DNA of 64,000 bases from Amphiscolops sp. MND2022 (Eukaryota): the NCBI GenBank assembly GCA_964187785.1, contig OZ076409.1, positions 2,668,001 through 2,732,000 on the forward strand, written 5' to 3'. Of this stretch, positions 14,448-27,541 are shown piece by piece. The notes beneath the pieces are model-generated. The model saw nothing but the letters and a program-made list of their open reading frames with translations, was not told where the DNA came from and did no database searches. The position numbers and the translations under genes are program-made. Every line of letters begins with the position of its first letter. Within the stretch, counting starts at the first letter, position 1.

Positions 14448-16259
14448 TTATAGTTTGTTTAGAAGTTACCCAAAACGGTAGCCTTTTTTAGGATGGGAAC
14501 AACTCCGGAGTGAATCAGTGGCTTTCCATGAACTATCCACATCAACCTTATTGATGACCGGTGCGGTATTCATGATATTTTACGCTGCGGTCACCAGTGG
14601 GACCAATCCATTCGTACTAGTTTCCGCAACTTTGGTTTCCTTTCTTGAGTTGACAATACAATTACCACGAGTGATGACAACTGCCCATATAAGGGTATCA
14701 TTGAATTCTGAATGATCGATGTATCGGACGACCATCGATCGATAGCTCGTTCGACTACAGCAATGATTTTTCTAAGAGTATCATGACCACTACTGAGACT
14801 GCAGTGAAGAATCACACGCTTTCAATCACCACCCTTTGTTAGCGTTGTGTTGCCAAACTAAAACAACTGTATTTTGCCAAAAACTTGCATTTCATTTCGG
14901 AAGCAAGCGTGTAAATCATTTTGATTACAAAAAGTTGATGTATTTCTTATGAGCATGATACCTAATGTGCTAAAACCGAATGACAATGCAGTTAAGCGAG
15001 TTTCTCCGTGTACTTGGGTTCGAGTCCCGCACTGGAGCAAAGTTTTTATGCTTGGAAACGAAGATGGTATACCGAAGGGTCCCACCTTTGGCGTTTTTCG
15101 ACAATGTGCGATTTTTTATATTTTTTCAAAACACCGAGGGCAGGAATTCTTAGCGTTTTGCCAGCATAGAGGGACCCTTCAGGGATTTTCGGCACTGTGT
15201 GACTGAACGAACAAAATATGAAAAAATACTCGAAAAACATTTTCGAAATTTCTACACTTTTCGGTTTGTTCTCAATAACTGTGGACAATACTTACGGTTT
15301 TATTCGGCTCTAAGCGACTTTTTATGAAATTTTTTTCATATCATCAGAGGTTGGCTGCTTCAATTTTCCTTGTTATTTCCAGTTTTGTGAGCCTAAGGGG
15401 TCCCACATTCTGGTACTATTTGTGCTGTGCAATTGAAGTTCGGTTTTTCAGAGAAAATCAAAAATATCGGTTTTTGTGATATCTTCAGTTGGAAAAAGTT
15501 TTTTTTTGAAACCGGAAAGATCCCCGGGGATTTCGTCCTGTTGTAATAATAAACAAAAAATATCGCAGTACCATTTGTTGCGCCTTCTGACAGCATCAAC
15601 AAAGTTTGTTGTTTGTCAATGCGCTCTCCATGTTTACATGCACAATTTTTTTTGTCAAAAGAGTTTTCAACAGAGCCGTTAGATTGGCCAACCGATAAAG
15701 TAACCGAATGAGTATATAGATGTAATTTCATACATACATGTGTTTTACTCGAGTCTAGCTCAATTGGACGACCGCTCAACTAACCGATTGATCAATTGGA
15801 AGACTATCTGTTTCTAAAATATTATTGGTTGATTCATCTTCGCTGACAGACTCCGATTACGTAATCATTACAAGTTGTGAGCGGAACTGAAAATGGAATG
15901 CGTGCAAAATCGATCAATTGCACAGTCGTCTAACGGAGCGGTCGTCCAATTGACTTCGTTACCGACGCGATCACTTTGTATTCACGCTTTCTCAATTATT
16001 CTGATATAAACAGTGCTTCTCAAATAGCACCCTGAAGATGACGTTAGTTGGCAATATATAAAGTGACTGCGGTTATTTTGCATTAAAATGGGGGTAAAAT
16101 GGTAACATCTCGGTTGCATATAAAAAAGAACTGTTTTTCAATGCAACCTGCAAAACGTTGATGCTTCTTTCAAGCAGCTTGATAAAAGTTTAATACAGGA
16201 GGGAAGTACTGTGAAAGTTCTATGAAAGTTTCCATAAGAGTTTTAGAAAATGATGATGG

Positions 16260-16372
16260 AAGTTGCATGCAACTTGGAAGAACATGCATGCAACTTGGAA
16301 GAACATGCATGCAACTTGGAAGAACATGCATGCAACTTGGAAAAACATGCATGCAACTTGGAAGAACATGCA
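16260..16372. repeat. 21-bp minisatellite, about 5 copies, intronic
   Basis: Unit GCATGCAACTTGGAAGAACAT. Confidence 0.9.
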
Positions 16373-16399
16373 AAAAGTAGCAGGGTGGCTGCTGCTGAC

Positions 16400-16577
16400 C
16401 TTGAAGGTGCTGCTCCGGGTGTAGATGATGGGGTTGAGCACGAATTTGAGCTGCAGGATGAGATTGGTGAGCAGCCGCAGGGTGGCGTTGTTGGTCAGAT
16501 TCACGAAGTTCAGCACGTAGTAGATTGTGAACGGCGTCACACAGCACACATACACTATGCTACACAAAAACATGTTA
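16400..16577 (-). CDS. Class A GPCR-like exon (TM6-TM7)
   Basis: NMFLCSIVYVCCVTPFTIYYVL...KFVLNPIIYT contains CxxP and NPxxY motifs; tttag acceptor, gtcagc donor. Confidence 0.8.
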
Positions 16578-17035
16578 CTAAAGTGGCTTGTTTCTGTAAT
16601 CCCCCCACCACCACCAAACATTTTTGAAATTGAATTTCCTTTAAAAAGTTCAGACTAGCCTAATTAAATGTAAAACTTTCTTCTTTTGTAGCCGGAAGTT
16701 AGCATCTATTAGAATAATTTTTTATTTAAAAAAAAACGTTTTTCACACATTTTGGCTATAATTACGTTCTTAATGACTGTTTGTTGTCATTCAAAACAGG
16801 AAGTTGTTGATTTTATTATCAAGAATGCGTGACTTCATGCGAAAAAATAGTGTGAACAAAGTTTGTATCTCAATTCCAAACTGTCACATTGGAAAAAAAT
16901 AAAATTGAAGGTTTCATCTTTGTATTCTTCAAGTCGTTTTGTTATTATATTACCACTGCTTTTTCAAAAAAAAAATTGGTCGTGGGGGGACAGAAACGAG
17001 CCGCAAAAGTTAATACCAAATTATTATTTATATTT

Positions 17036-17530
17036 TTATTAGTCGGCGCTTTTCTAGTGAAAAGTGCCCGACTCTTACAGTTGCTAGTTTTTTTTCTTTT
17101 TTTTTCGTCAGACCACAGACCTCATCGCGTAGGTACCCCTTTTTACAGAAACTGATAAAACTACTCAGGCCAAGTCCGGCCAATGCAAACTTAGTGCAAA
17201 GGGTTCTCCCTTTCATTTTTAACCTTTTTTACGTAACCTACAAAACCAGAAGAGACTAAAGGGTCCCCCTTTCAATTTTTTTCGGCACTGTGCGACTTTT
17301 TTCGAAATTTTTTTAATGTCTCAAAAAAGTCCCCCTTTCGAGTTTTTTAAATATTTTGCAACAGAATATATGTTAATAAAGCCCCAAGTGTCCCCCCTTT
17401 TACATTTTTCGGCACTATGCGACATTTTCTGAAAGAAAAAAAATCAAAAATTTCATGTTTTTTTAAAAAAAGTCTTTTGCGCTTTTTGAGCCTTAGATAT
17501 AACGCCGACTTTAGACGTTCCCGTCTTGTT
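17036..17530 (+). mobile_element. HINE-like repeat
   Basis: T-rich start, 5' subTIR AGTCGGCGC, nearby partial IR GCCCGACT, 3' subTIR CGCCGACT, hairpin AGACG-TTCC-CGTCT, TGTT end. Confidence 0.7.
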
Positions 17531-18551
17531 ATTGTATTGTATTGAGGGATGTAAAAATGTATTGTATTCAAACTGGAGAAACATGTCTTCGTCATCAACG
17601 TTGAGCTTCATTCTGAATCCCACTGTCAGAGTTTAACGCGTGTTTCGATAGTTTTGTGAGGAGGGATGCGAAAAATTATAATGTCTTTAAATATCTTGAC
17701 AATAAATGGATAAACTATATTTATTTTCAGTTTTGTTCAATATAGAATGTATTTATTTTTTTGTTCCAATGTATTTGTGTTTTGGGCCAAAAAATGCTGA
17801 TAGTCATTTCAAGTTTAGCAAGTATTGACTTAATTGTGGTATTGTGATAGCTTAAACGAAATACACGAAAGGCACTTCAATTTCTCGGTCAACTTTCATA
17901 AATATTCGGATTTAGTTACTAGTTGTGTAGAACAATCGATTCAGGAAATTTGGTAAAATTATTGATGTTTATAAATACAGTCCAAGAAGTGTACAGAGGG
18001 AATCTTTGTTCGAACAAAATATTTGTTTCTTCGCTCAATATGGACAATGTTTTTATTATATTTTTGTTGGCCAGCATCAAGTAAATAAATTTATATATAT
18101 TTTAAAAGAAATATTCAAATACAATATTTTTCATCCCTGATTGTATTTGTATTGTTGATTGTCCGGTATTTAAATTTTGAATATATGGAATGCTTGGTAA
18201 GAACCATGATACATCTTTGGGTACCCTCCCTAAGGTTGTGTCATGATCTTACTGTAATAGCGATGAGCAAGTTCAAAAAGAGGGTGAGATTAAAAACTGT
18301 ACTTCAATTTACTCAGACCTTAATGGCGGTTTTCACTCTTTTGATTTTTCCCCTCTATCTATATCATGGATCTTCGTCATCAATCAAGTGCCATGTGTAT
18401 CATCATGTTGGGGGGGAGAAGACACACACCCCATGATTTTTCATCAACTGATGAATTTGGGCAACTAATGAATTGTTCATTGGGAGACCGAATGTTTTCA
18501 AACTTCTCGACAATATAATTCTGATTCGCTCAAAAATTTGAACGACAAAAA

Positions 18552-18879
18552 GGTACTTCTGACTAAATGTGGTCCCAAGTGATTTCTCTTTACTAAGTGT
18601 GGTCCCTATTTTATAGGTGTGGTCCCTGCATAGTTTGTCGGAATTTTTATATTACTTCGTCAGCTATGTTCACATACCCCTAGTGCCCTAAATGCAGGAA
18701 CGAAGCGAAGCGGAGCGACGTGTCATATGGCCATGCCTCAATGTTGCTACTTGGCGAAGGAAGCCAAGCGACCGAGCCATACAACAAATATGCCAACCTC
18801 TTCAAGGGACCACACTTAGTCAGGAGTTTTCAGGCCGGCTGCATAAGTTTTGTAGGGACCACACTTAGTCAGGAGTACC
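18552..18879. mobile_element. Merlin-like MITE
   Basis: 25-bp TIRs GGTACT(T/C)CTGACTAA(A/G)TGTGGTCCC, perfect 8-bp TSD GACAAAAA, TIR core repeated internally. Confidence 0.8.
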
Positions 18880-18922
18880 GACAAAAATTGGGTTTCTAAA
18901 AATTTGTTCTTTTTCGACGTAC

Positions 18923-19098
18923 CTTATAAGGAGAAGGGAGATTGAAACTTCTCTAGAGTAGTGATATCGACCCTTGTGGATGTTCTTGTCCATTTGTTTG
19001 AGGGGGGCAGGACTCGCCTGTTTGCAGGGGTTCGAACCTTTGGAGGTGCCCGAATCTGTCTTGCCGACATTTTCTTTGTTTTCTACGTCTCTTTTCAC
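18923..19098 (-). CDS. GPCR-like exon (ICL3 into TM6)
   Basis: VKRDVEN...REVSISLLLI; phase-2 donor gtacgt matches the phase of exon 16400-16577. Confidence 0.55.
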
Positions 19099-19475
19099 CT
19101 TCACACAAACGCACAATCAACAGAGAAGCCCTAGTTTTTGGCTTAAAGAAAACAATGAACGGAACTGGGTTAAATCCTGGGTTAAATAAAGTAAATACAA
19201 GACAACAAAAATAAGAAAGATGTAAAAAAATTGAGGGAACTAAAGAAATTTTGTACAATACAGAGGGTTGTTGTATTCATTCATGATAAATATAAAAACA
19301 TCATTGTTTAACTTTTATTCTACAGTTTTTCAATCAGAAAATTTGTGACTTTAGGTCATCAAAAGGTCAATTATGCAACAATTTCTCGCTTTCTATTTCC
19401 TAGGGTTGATTTAAATACCCCTAAAATTAACAAAAAACACTGAATTCCTTTTCGTAGTTACAATATATAAAAAAA

Positions 19476-19619
19476 TTCCATTCATGCTACAGAAAAGGCA
19501 GTGTAGTTATTGAATTATAATTACTAGGGTTACCATGTAGTTATTGAATAATTGATAGTAAAATCATTTGATTTCAAATAATTACTAACTACACTACTTT
19601 TTCTGTAGTATGAATGGAA
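19476..19619. repeat. Inverted-repeat element (MITE-like)
   Basis: TTCCATTCATGCTACAGAAAAGGCAGTGTAGTTA ... TAACTACACTACTTTTTCTGTAGTATGAATGGAA. Confidence 0.6.
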
Positions 19620-19835
19620 AATATACTTTTTCTATACAGTACTTTCAAATTTACAGATAGTTACTTTTTGAATTTTATGGTATTAATTCTATAAAATTTA
19701 ACAATAATACTCACTTAAACTTGTAGGTGTTCCAACATTTTTTTGCTTTACCAATTTCTAGGTTTTTCCCCGAAAAAAGCATTTTGAAAAATATTTTTTC
19801 ATTATGTGGTTGATTATCCACCTCCCCGTACGTAC

Positions 19836-19983
19836 TTTGTCGCAAAGCTGGGCGTCCACGGCTGAGGGAAGCCTGGAACAGGAATAGGGACACTCAGAGA
19901 CGGTCACAGTGAGTCTGTCTGCAGCCGAAGACTGCTTCCGGTTGTCTGGAAAAGTCAGCAGTGTGTGCTTCATCGCCGGCTCC
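19836..19983 (-). CDS. GPCR-like exon (ICL3)
   Basis: Strong T-run ccag acceptor, gtacgt donor, open frame, phase 0 into 19098. Confidence 0.5.
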
Positions 19984-20053
19984 CTGGAAAAAAAAAACAA
20001 TCAAGGATGTTAACGACTAACGATCTTTGCTGAATGTAGAGAAGGGAAATGCC

Positions 20054-20421
20054 ACTAGGTGAACCAAAAAACGGAACGCACAAAAATTTTATGCTCTCAA
20101 AATGTCAAATATTTGTCAACAAGTTTTCAAAACAACTTTGAACGCTGAAATTCAGCTTGTCAATCTTTCAGTTTGACAACATTGCTTTCACACATTCGAG
20201 TGTCAAAGAACTTTCACACTTCAGAAGTGCAAACAAAGTGACTGGTAAAGATGTCTAGAATTTCACCGAGGGTTCAAATCATCTTTTGGTGAAGATTCGA
20301 ATACGTAATAGGAGCTCCGATTTGAAAGATTGACTGGACAATGTTCTGAGCCTTGTTTACAAATATTACAATTTTGAAGAGCGACATTTTTTGTGCGTTC
20401 CGTTTTTTAGGTTCATCTAGT
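20054..20421. mobile_element. MITE with ~33-bp TIRs
   Basis: ACTAGGTGAACCAAAAAACGGAACGCACAAAAA ... TTTTTGTGCGTTCCGTTTTTTAGGTTCATCTAGT. Confidence 0.7.
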
Positions 20422-22241
20422 AGCAAGTGTTAATTTGTACAAACTCTACACTAGTGATATTTCTAAAAGCAACAAAAGGCAAATCTCAAAATCGAATATC
20501 TCTAAAACAGCAGCGATTTTTAACCAAAATGGCGATAGGCCATTTTAAACCAAATTTAGAACAAAATTGAGGTTTTTCTCACTTTTAGTCAACTTTTGCT
20601 TGGAATTTTAGAGAACATTTATGTTTATGTGCAATCGACTCCCCTGATTTAACTAAAGCTCTGGATATGTTTTCATTTACAAATCATCCTAAAATGGTAG
20701 AAAAAATAAATACGCTGTAAAATTAGACTTTTTCGAAAATACATGTATTAAGATACGATTTCGAAGTTTAACAACTTAAAACAAGCTCATACTAATGCAA
20801 TTTAGAATATTCTCGGGAAAAATGATATTGTCAGACTCGAAATGTTTGGGAGAATTTTCCTGCAAAAATTAATTTGAAATCAAAAAATTGTAAGTGGGTC
20901 AAAAATTCAAAAAACTAAAAAATGTTATTTTGGAAATCGCTCCCGACCAATGAAATGATCGCGTGAGACCTTGATTAGTCAAAGATAATTGTTTATTTGC
21001 TTTCTTTCCGCGTGCTATGTTGCGTCTTCTAGAATCACTACCGCATTTCATCGCAAATTTTCGACAGTTTGTTCTGTTTTGCAAGTTCCCTTTAATTTGA
21101 CAGGTTGTTTAGTAATTACGTAATTTAATCTTTTCGCACCAGCAACTTTCTCACAGTGCTTGATCAGTTACATCAGCTATATAACAAAAGAAATATCCAA
21201 CTTGGTTCCAAAGATATTTTGAGAATATTGATTATTCGGACCATGTTTTTTATCCGCCCAAACGGCGCGGAGGGGGTTAAAGAGAGAAGTTTCAAATACC
21301 ACCGAGTCGACACCGCTTGCATTGAAATTTTGGTCCAGTAAAATAATTGATGACGACATAATCCTTTGCGTTGATTCTCAGTTGGAAGATTCGAAACAAG
21401 GTGTACCTTTTGGCTGTTAGAAAAGCGGTCCAAAAACTTTTATATTAAAAAATTTGTAACTTTCCTGTATTGATATCGTACCCTGTATTGAGAATAAAAA
21501 TTTAAATTTCCAGTTTTTCTAAAAGCGAATATGTTCATTTTCGTTGAAGATTGAAGAGTGAAAGAATTCTCAAATTTTTTTCCAAATTGTTATCATACTT
21601 TTCTATATTGACATACTTTCTTCAGTTTTGGGTGTTTTTTAAGAGTCGGAGCAAATTTTCGACTACTTACGCACTCGTACATTTTTTTTCTCTCCCGACC
21701 TTTCGATGAAAAAGTCAAATTGCTCAAAAACTGTCCATTGCATTTTTAAAATAGATTTTAGCACAGTCCTTTCACACCCAAGGTACTCGTGAGACCGCAA
21801 TGACTTCAAGATCATATGACTGGGATCTGAAAAAGATAGCCGAAATTATTATCAATTCTTTATTCTGTTTCCGACTCCTTTACCGCACATGCGGCTCCGG
21901 CTTTTCATAAAAATTAGCCTAAAATTCTTGTCACTTTTCTACAAATGGCGGCAGACCATTAAGACAATTTCGTTCGAAATACATGTATGGTGACAGTAGT
22001 TTTCACAAATGATAATTGAAATGACAATAATGGCGCAATTCTTCAGCTCATGTTATTGTATCCTATCCTCTCTCCTTCACGAAATAAAAGTATCTTCTTT
22101 TGATGAAAGAAACAAGTTTTAGTATTCTTCATTGGTACTTTAGAAATCTTACAATCTTAGATTAGTAGTTAGTCTTGAGCAATTAGAAGAAGTTTCGTTT
22201 TATTCTCCAGTTTTTTTGAGTAATTTTGATGGAAACCATAC

Positions 22242-22385
22242 TCAGGTTAACACATAACCCTAAAGAACTGGTTTCATGACAGCTGTTACTTTTTTGTAAA
22301 ATCATATAAAATTGTGCAGAATTATGTGAGAATCTTGAAAAATTGGCAAAATCAAGTAGCTGATTGTATAAACAACTATAGAGAG
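22242..22385 (-). CDS. Candidate GPCR-like exon (end of TM4/ECL2)
   Basis: 144-nt open exon, phase 1 to 1, compatible with the exon 1 donor; Cys-containing; weak acceptor. Confidence 0.35.
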
Positions 22386-22482
22386 CTTCATGAATTGTTA
22401 AAAAAGTAATTTCAGTTTGGATCATAAGGATCATCATCATTCAATTTATTTAACGTGTGAAGGAAAAAGGAAGAAGACCCAA

Positions 22483-23006
22483 TTTTTAGTCGACGCTTTT
22501 ATTAATAAAAGAGCCCGACTATTACAGTCACTCGTTTTTTTATATTTAAGACAGACTCGAAGCGATGAACGTTAAAATTAACGTTCAACTACTAAATACA
22601 GTACTAAACTACTGGACCGGCAAAGGCAAACGGGGAGCGCATTTAGGATAGTGCAAAGGGTCCCTCCTTTCAGTTACTCCATTTTTATCGTAAGATACAA
22701 AACAGGACGAGACTATAGGGTTTGAGTTTTTTTTCGGCACTGTGCGACTTTTTCTCGAAATTTTTTTGTCTCCCAAGGGTCCCCCCTTCAAGTTTTTTGA
22801 TATTTTACAGCAAATTGAAGTTTCAAAAAGCCCAAAGGGTCTCCCCTTTCAAGTTTTTCGCCACTATGAGACTGGCTCAAAATTCTTATTTTTCGATTTT
22901 TCTTTTTTTTCAAAAAACCCAAAGGGTCCGCCCTTTCACAATTTCAAAAAGTTTGAGATTTTTGAGCCTTAGATATTGCGCCGACTTTAGACGTTCCCGT
23001 CTTGTT
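22483..23006 (+). mobile_element. HINE-like repeat
   Basis: Same subTIR, IR and hairpin architecture as 17036-17530. Confidence 0.7.
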
Positions 23007-23625
23007 TGCCAAAAAGTTAACTATAAATTCAATTGAATTTATATTAAATTTCTACTCACAAGTTTTGTTGAGGGTTGTTCTGAACTCCGTTGAGAGCAAG
23101 TCGAATGCGTAGTTTGCGGAACTTTCGGATAACTTTGAGATAAACGAGAAACATGGTAACTGAATCGAAAATGAGGAAAAAGGACAAAACTATTGCGAAC
23201 TCGTAATCCACTATTTGTCGCAATATGTTCGGGATCCACAGAAAGGAGCCGTTCAAAGTACCTTTAAAGAGATGTTGAACATGCATTTATACTTATCATT
23301 ATTTTCTGCTTTCTTAGTTATATATATTTTTTGAGTTTTCGAAAAAGTCTCTCATTTTGAGCCAATCTTTTTCAATTTTCAAAAAATCCTCAAAATTTTT
23401 CGAATAAGTTTTTGAGAATTCTTCTTCTATGTAATGGAAAAAATTTCGAAATACTTAGAAAGTTTTATTGAGAAAATGAAAAAATATATATAGAAATTGT
23501 TGTACAAAGTTAAGGAAGTGATTCTGGTATTGAAATAATTTCCTTCTCTTTAACTTTAAGATCAGCTTCGCTTTTAATCAAAAGTTTTTTTTGATTTTGT
23601 CCATGGATAATTCCACATCTCTAAC

Positions 23626-24175
23626 CTTGCAATAGTCCAGAAAGAAAAGCCAGTGCAACCAGACGATTAACTCTGGATTTATTGAAAGCTCGTTTGAACT
23701 CGTGGATTCGGCAGATTGCATAATAACGACTGATTGTCGCCGTTAGAATGAGCAAATACGAAGAAATTACGCAAAAGCCGAACAAGAAATAATTTATGGA
23801 TTCAAATAACATCATGGTTCGGCTTTCCTTTTTCGCTCCTTTCAGCATAAAAAAGCGCTGGGCCAAAACGACGCCGATGTAGCATACGTTGAAGAAAACC
23901 TCGGAAAACGAAAGTCCGACCACCAAACGCTCGCTTGCGGAGGGTTTCCTTCGGTAGCTGAGAACAAGGATTACCAAACACCCGACGGTTATCCCAAGCG
24001 ATCCCAAAACAATGGTGAAAACTACCTCGACCGCGTTGTAACCAATGTAGGACTCCATACCTCCGTTATTTGTAATAACTTCCTGGTTATTACGGGCTGA
24101 GATTCCCGCTTCTGAGGGAAATGTAGCCAAGTGTGTATTGAAGGAGTCATTGATGTGTGAACTTTGGGATAACAT
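23626..24175 (-). CDS. Class A GPCR-like gene, first coding exon (TM1-TM4)
   Basis: Four hydrophobic helices; LSFSE (LAxxD-like) in TM2; ISRYYAIC (DRY-like) after TM3; donor CAAG|gttag. Confidence 0.85.
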
Positions 24176-27166
24176 TTTCGAGGCGGTCAATTAAGGAAAT
24201 ATGGAAAAGATAAGGTATATTATAACCAATAAAGGTCGCAGCGTGACGAAAAGCAAAGTTGATGAAATCTCATATTTGAATTCAGATACCGAGTGAAAAA
24301 TCTGGATACTTCTTTTTTTTTCATTCAGCTACGTCCGTAAGTTTCACACTTTATAAATAAATAAGGCCTAAATTATTCCCTTGAACGGAAAAAATTCAGC
24401 ACTACGCTTATTTTTCATGGCATCTTTTTTCCTATTGGCGCAAAATGCTTGGATTTATTTTCCTCAGCGAAACAAGACGAATAATAGGCTTGGACTGAGA
24501 TGAAAAATATTATTCATTTTCCAAAGTGGTTAAACAATTCCTTGGAGAAAATTTCGGACAGAAAATGCCCTCTTTTTCTGGAATATATTGACTGCAACGA
24601 TGCTCTGAAAACAGCTTTGTTAGTAATTTTAATGGCTATTTGAGTGTGCACAATCTATATTGCACGCTAGCAGTTGTTCACGAGGTAGAAATATATTGAA
24701 TGTATATTGAAAAACAAGTAAATACAGAAGGGGAGGTACCTTAATATTTATGGGAAGTGGGGAAGATTATCAATCGATGGAAAATTTTGACAGTTCGCCT
24801 TTGAAGAGTGACTAAACCGCCCTCACCACTAAATTTTACTGTTCCTAGAACCACCGATACTTCAGGATTACATATCTTAATATTACAAGCACTGCAGATT
24901 TTAGGAGTGAAAAGGAAACATTCTCAAGAGGCAATTAACGCCGTCAGACTTTTTATCTATAGAAACCGAGATGATTTAGGTCACACGAATTTAGGTAGCC
25001 TCGAATATTGTGAAATAGCATCACTACTGTATTTCTTTTATAGCGCAACACTCGTTACTTTTATTACACCATACTTTTTTCTCTCAATGACCTAGATTTT
25101 GACACATGAGCCCCCTGATTTTGGGGAGATTTTGACAATTAATTTCAAGCTTCTAAGAAAGAATTCTACACAGCGAATCCAATAAAAACACTGGAACAAG
25201 CTATTGTTGAAGAGCGATCAACCAAACACTTATTTCGTATGACGTGTGTACTTAATTCAAGAAAAAACAGTGTCACATTTCTACCGGATTTGACTCAGTT
25301 TTTCAGTACAGTTATTCAGTACCAAAATGGGAATTGCCCGAATAACTTTTATAGCTTCTTTTATTTCATGCACCGTCGCTAGGAAGCTAAACGTGGCATC
25401 ATTAGGTTATACAAAATGACATTACTCATGGTAAACAAGCCGGGAATGGCCCAAGTCGGCGCCCCGCTCAAAGTTAAAAAAACAAGTCAAGTTTTACAAA
25501 TATGAAAAAGGACACATTGTGAAAATTTTATCAAAATTCCAGTGCCGAAAAATAGCCCAAGAGATACCCATAAGACTCGAAAACGACTTTTTATCCTACT
25601 GGAAACATCAAAAAACATTTTTTCGAAAAAAGAAATTTTTCGGTAAAGTTTTTTTTTCGCAAAAGTCTCATAGTGGTGACAAAGATCCTTGAGCTAGTCA
25701 AACGATTTTTTTTAGTCGAAAACATTGATGGAAGTGAAAGGGTACCCTTTACCCGAATGAAACATTTTTCGCGAAAAAAATCGAAAAAGGGCCGCCGAAA
25801 GAAGCTAGGCCTTTTCCACCAGGAGTGAGAAATTCTATAGGATCGAAAAATAGTTAAAGAGGTCATCCGCATGACTCGGAAAAAATTTCCTCACAGAAAA
25901 TTTCCAATAAAAAACAAAAATTCTGTGAAAAAAATGTTTTCGGTAAGTCACATTGTGCGGAAAAAACATAAAATCCTAAATGCTTGCAAAACTCTTTCAA
26001 AGAGCAAAAAACTTTTTGGTAAAAAAACTTCAGAAAGAAGGGATTTCTTGGTCTCCCATCTACCTCTGGCAAGCATAAAATTATTTTTGTTAGTGCGAGA
26101 CTCGAACCCACGTACACCTGCTTCTCAGACATCGGAAAATACGGGTTTACCTCTAGGCCATTTGGCAGTTAGAAGTTACAACCTATAGAAATGCTTACAG
26201 AAACGTGTCAGTTCGTTGGTTTTAAAAATCCAAAACCCGGATAGGGTGCGATATTTTCGAACTTTTAGAACGCATTTTCTTTTGGATTTAACGTCAAAAG
26301 TTCGGATACAGCGTGCTGAGCCACCTATTTTATTGACAAAAATATTCATTTCCGAGAATTTTTTAGTCTCGTCTAGTTTTGTATGTTACGTTAAAGAATT
26401 AAAAAACGAAAGGGCACCCATTACACAAACTTTGATGCGCTTCCGAGGTTTTCGTTTAGTTGAACAAACTGAACAAAAACTTCAAATTTTGTATTCTCAC
26501 CTGTCTTGAAAAAAGCGAGCGACTGTAATATTCGGACTCTTATTCTAAAGTCGTCGACCAAAACTACCACAAACAGTTTCCGGACAAGCCTTCATTTTTC
26601 TTCACATGTAGCTGGTAGCGCAAAAAGTTCAGAAAAGCAGCCAGATAAAACTTTTCCTTTTTCCCTATACGAACGCAATTGCAATCAACGTTTGCGTTTA
26701 ATAATGAGAAACAAACCTGTGAAAAACGTTGTTCCAAGACGTTTCTGCAGACGAAAGAGTGAGGAGGAAGTCAGATGAACTTTCAAGACGTCTTTGAAGG
26801 ACGGATTGGAAAACCTTTGCTTAGTGAAAAATGCAGGGAAACGTTTCATGCGGCTTGCAAGTGATACGCTGAAAAGTTCTCGAAAACAAGTCGCCGAGTA
26901 CAACCAGTTGAGAACAGTTTGTCGATATTAGAAGCCCAAAACTGGTCAAAAATTAACTCGTCGATAATTTCTTAGGCTCGAATTCGTTGAAAGTATACAG
27001 ATTACTAATTGGCCGCTATAAACGCACCGGAAAAGTGCTTCTTAGAAATTTCATTTCAAACTGCTAGGTATTGATTAATTTTTCCTAATAGAAAGAAAAT
27101 GTCAAAACTCGAGTTTTCCGCATAATTACAGTTTTTATAGTTGTAAAACTGCTAGGATTGTCCTAC

Positions 27167-27541
27167 TTTAGTCGGCGCATTTTAGTAGAAAAATGTGCCC
27201 GACTCTTACAGTGGGTAGTTTTTTAGACACGAAAGGTTCATTTTTTTGTTCAGTTCATTTGTTCAACAACTTCGGAGAGGCTCAGAACGCGGAGGTTCAA
27301 AACACTCGAAATCTCAGAACCTTGTTTTCAGTTCACACTGAATGGTCCACTTTGTTGTTCATTTGTTCAACTTTTCAGCCGAGATATTCTAGTTCCGATA
27401 TAACATTTCAAAGTTCGGATATGACGTTTTGAAAGTTCGGATATAACGTTTTCTTTTCTCGTATAGCATTATTTTTTCCCCAAACTTCAAAACTTGTTGA
27501 ACCTTGGATATGGCGCCGACTTGGGCCGGTCCCGGCTTGTT
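27167..27541 (+). mobile_element. HINE-like repeat
   Basis: AGTCGGCGC ... GGCGCCGACTT, hairpin GCCG-GTCC-CGGC, TTGTT end. Confidence 0.7.

Noticed and set aside
16170..16627. Repeat-protein ORFs (ACNLEEH / CMHVLPS)
   Set aside because: Artefacts of the 21-bp intronic minisatellite and the GPCR exon.
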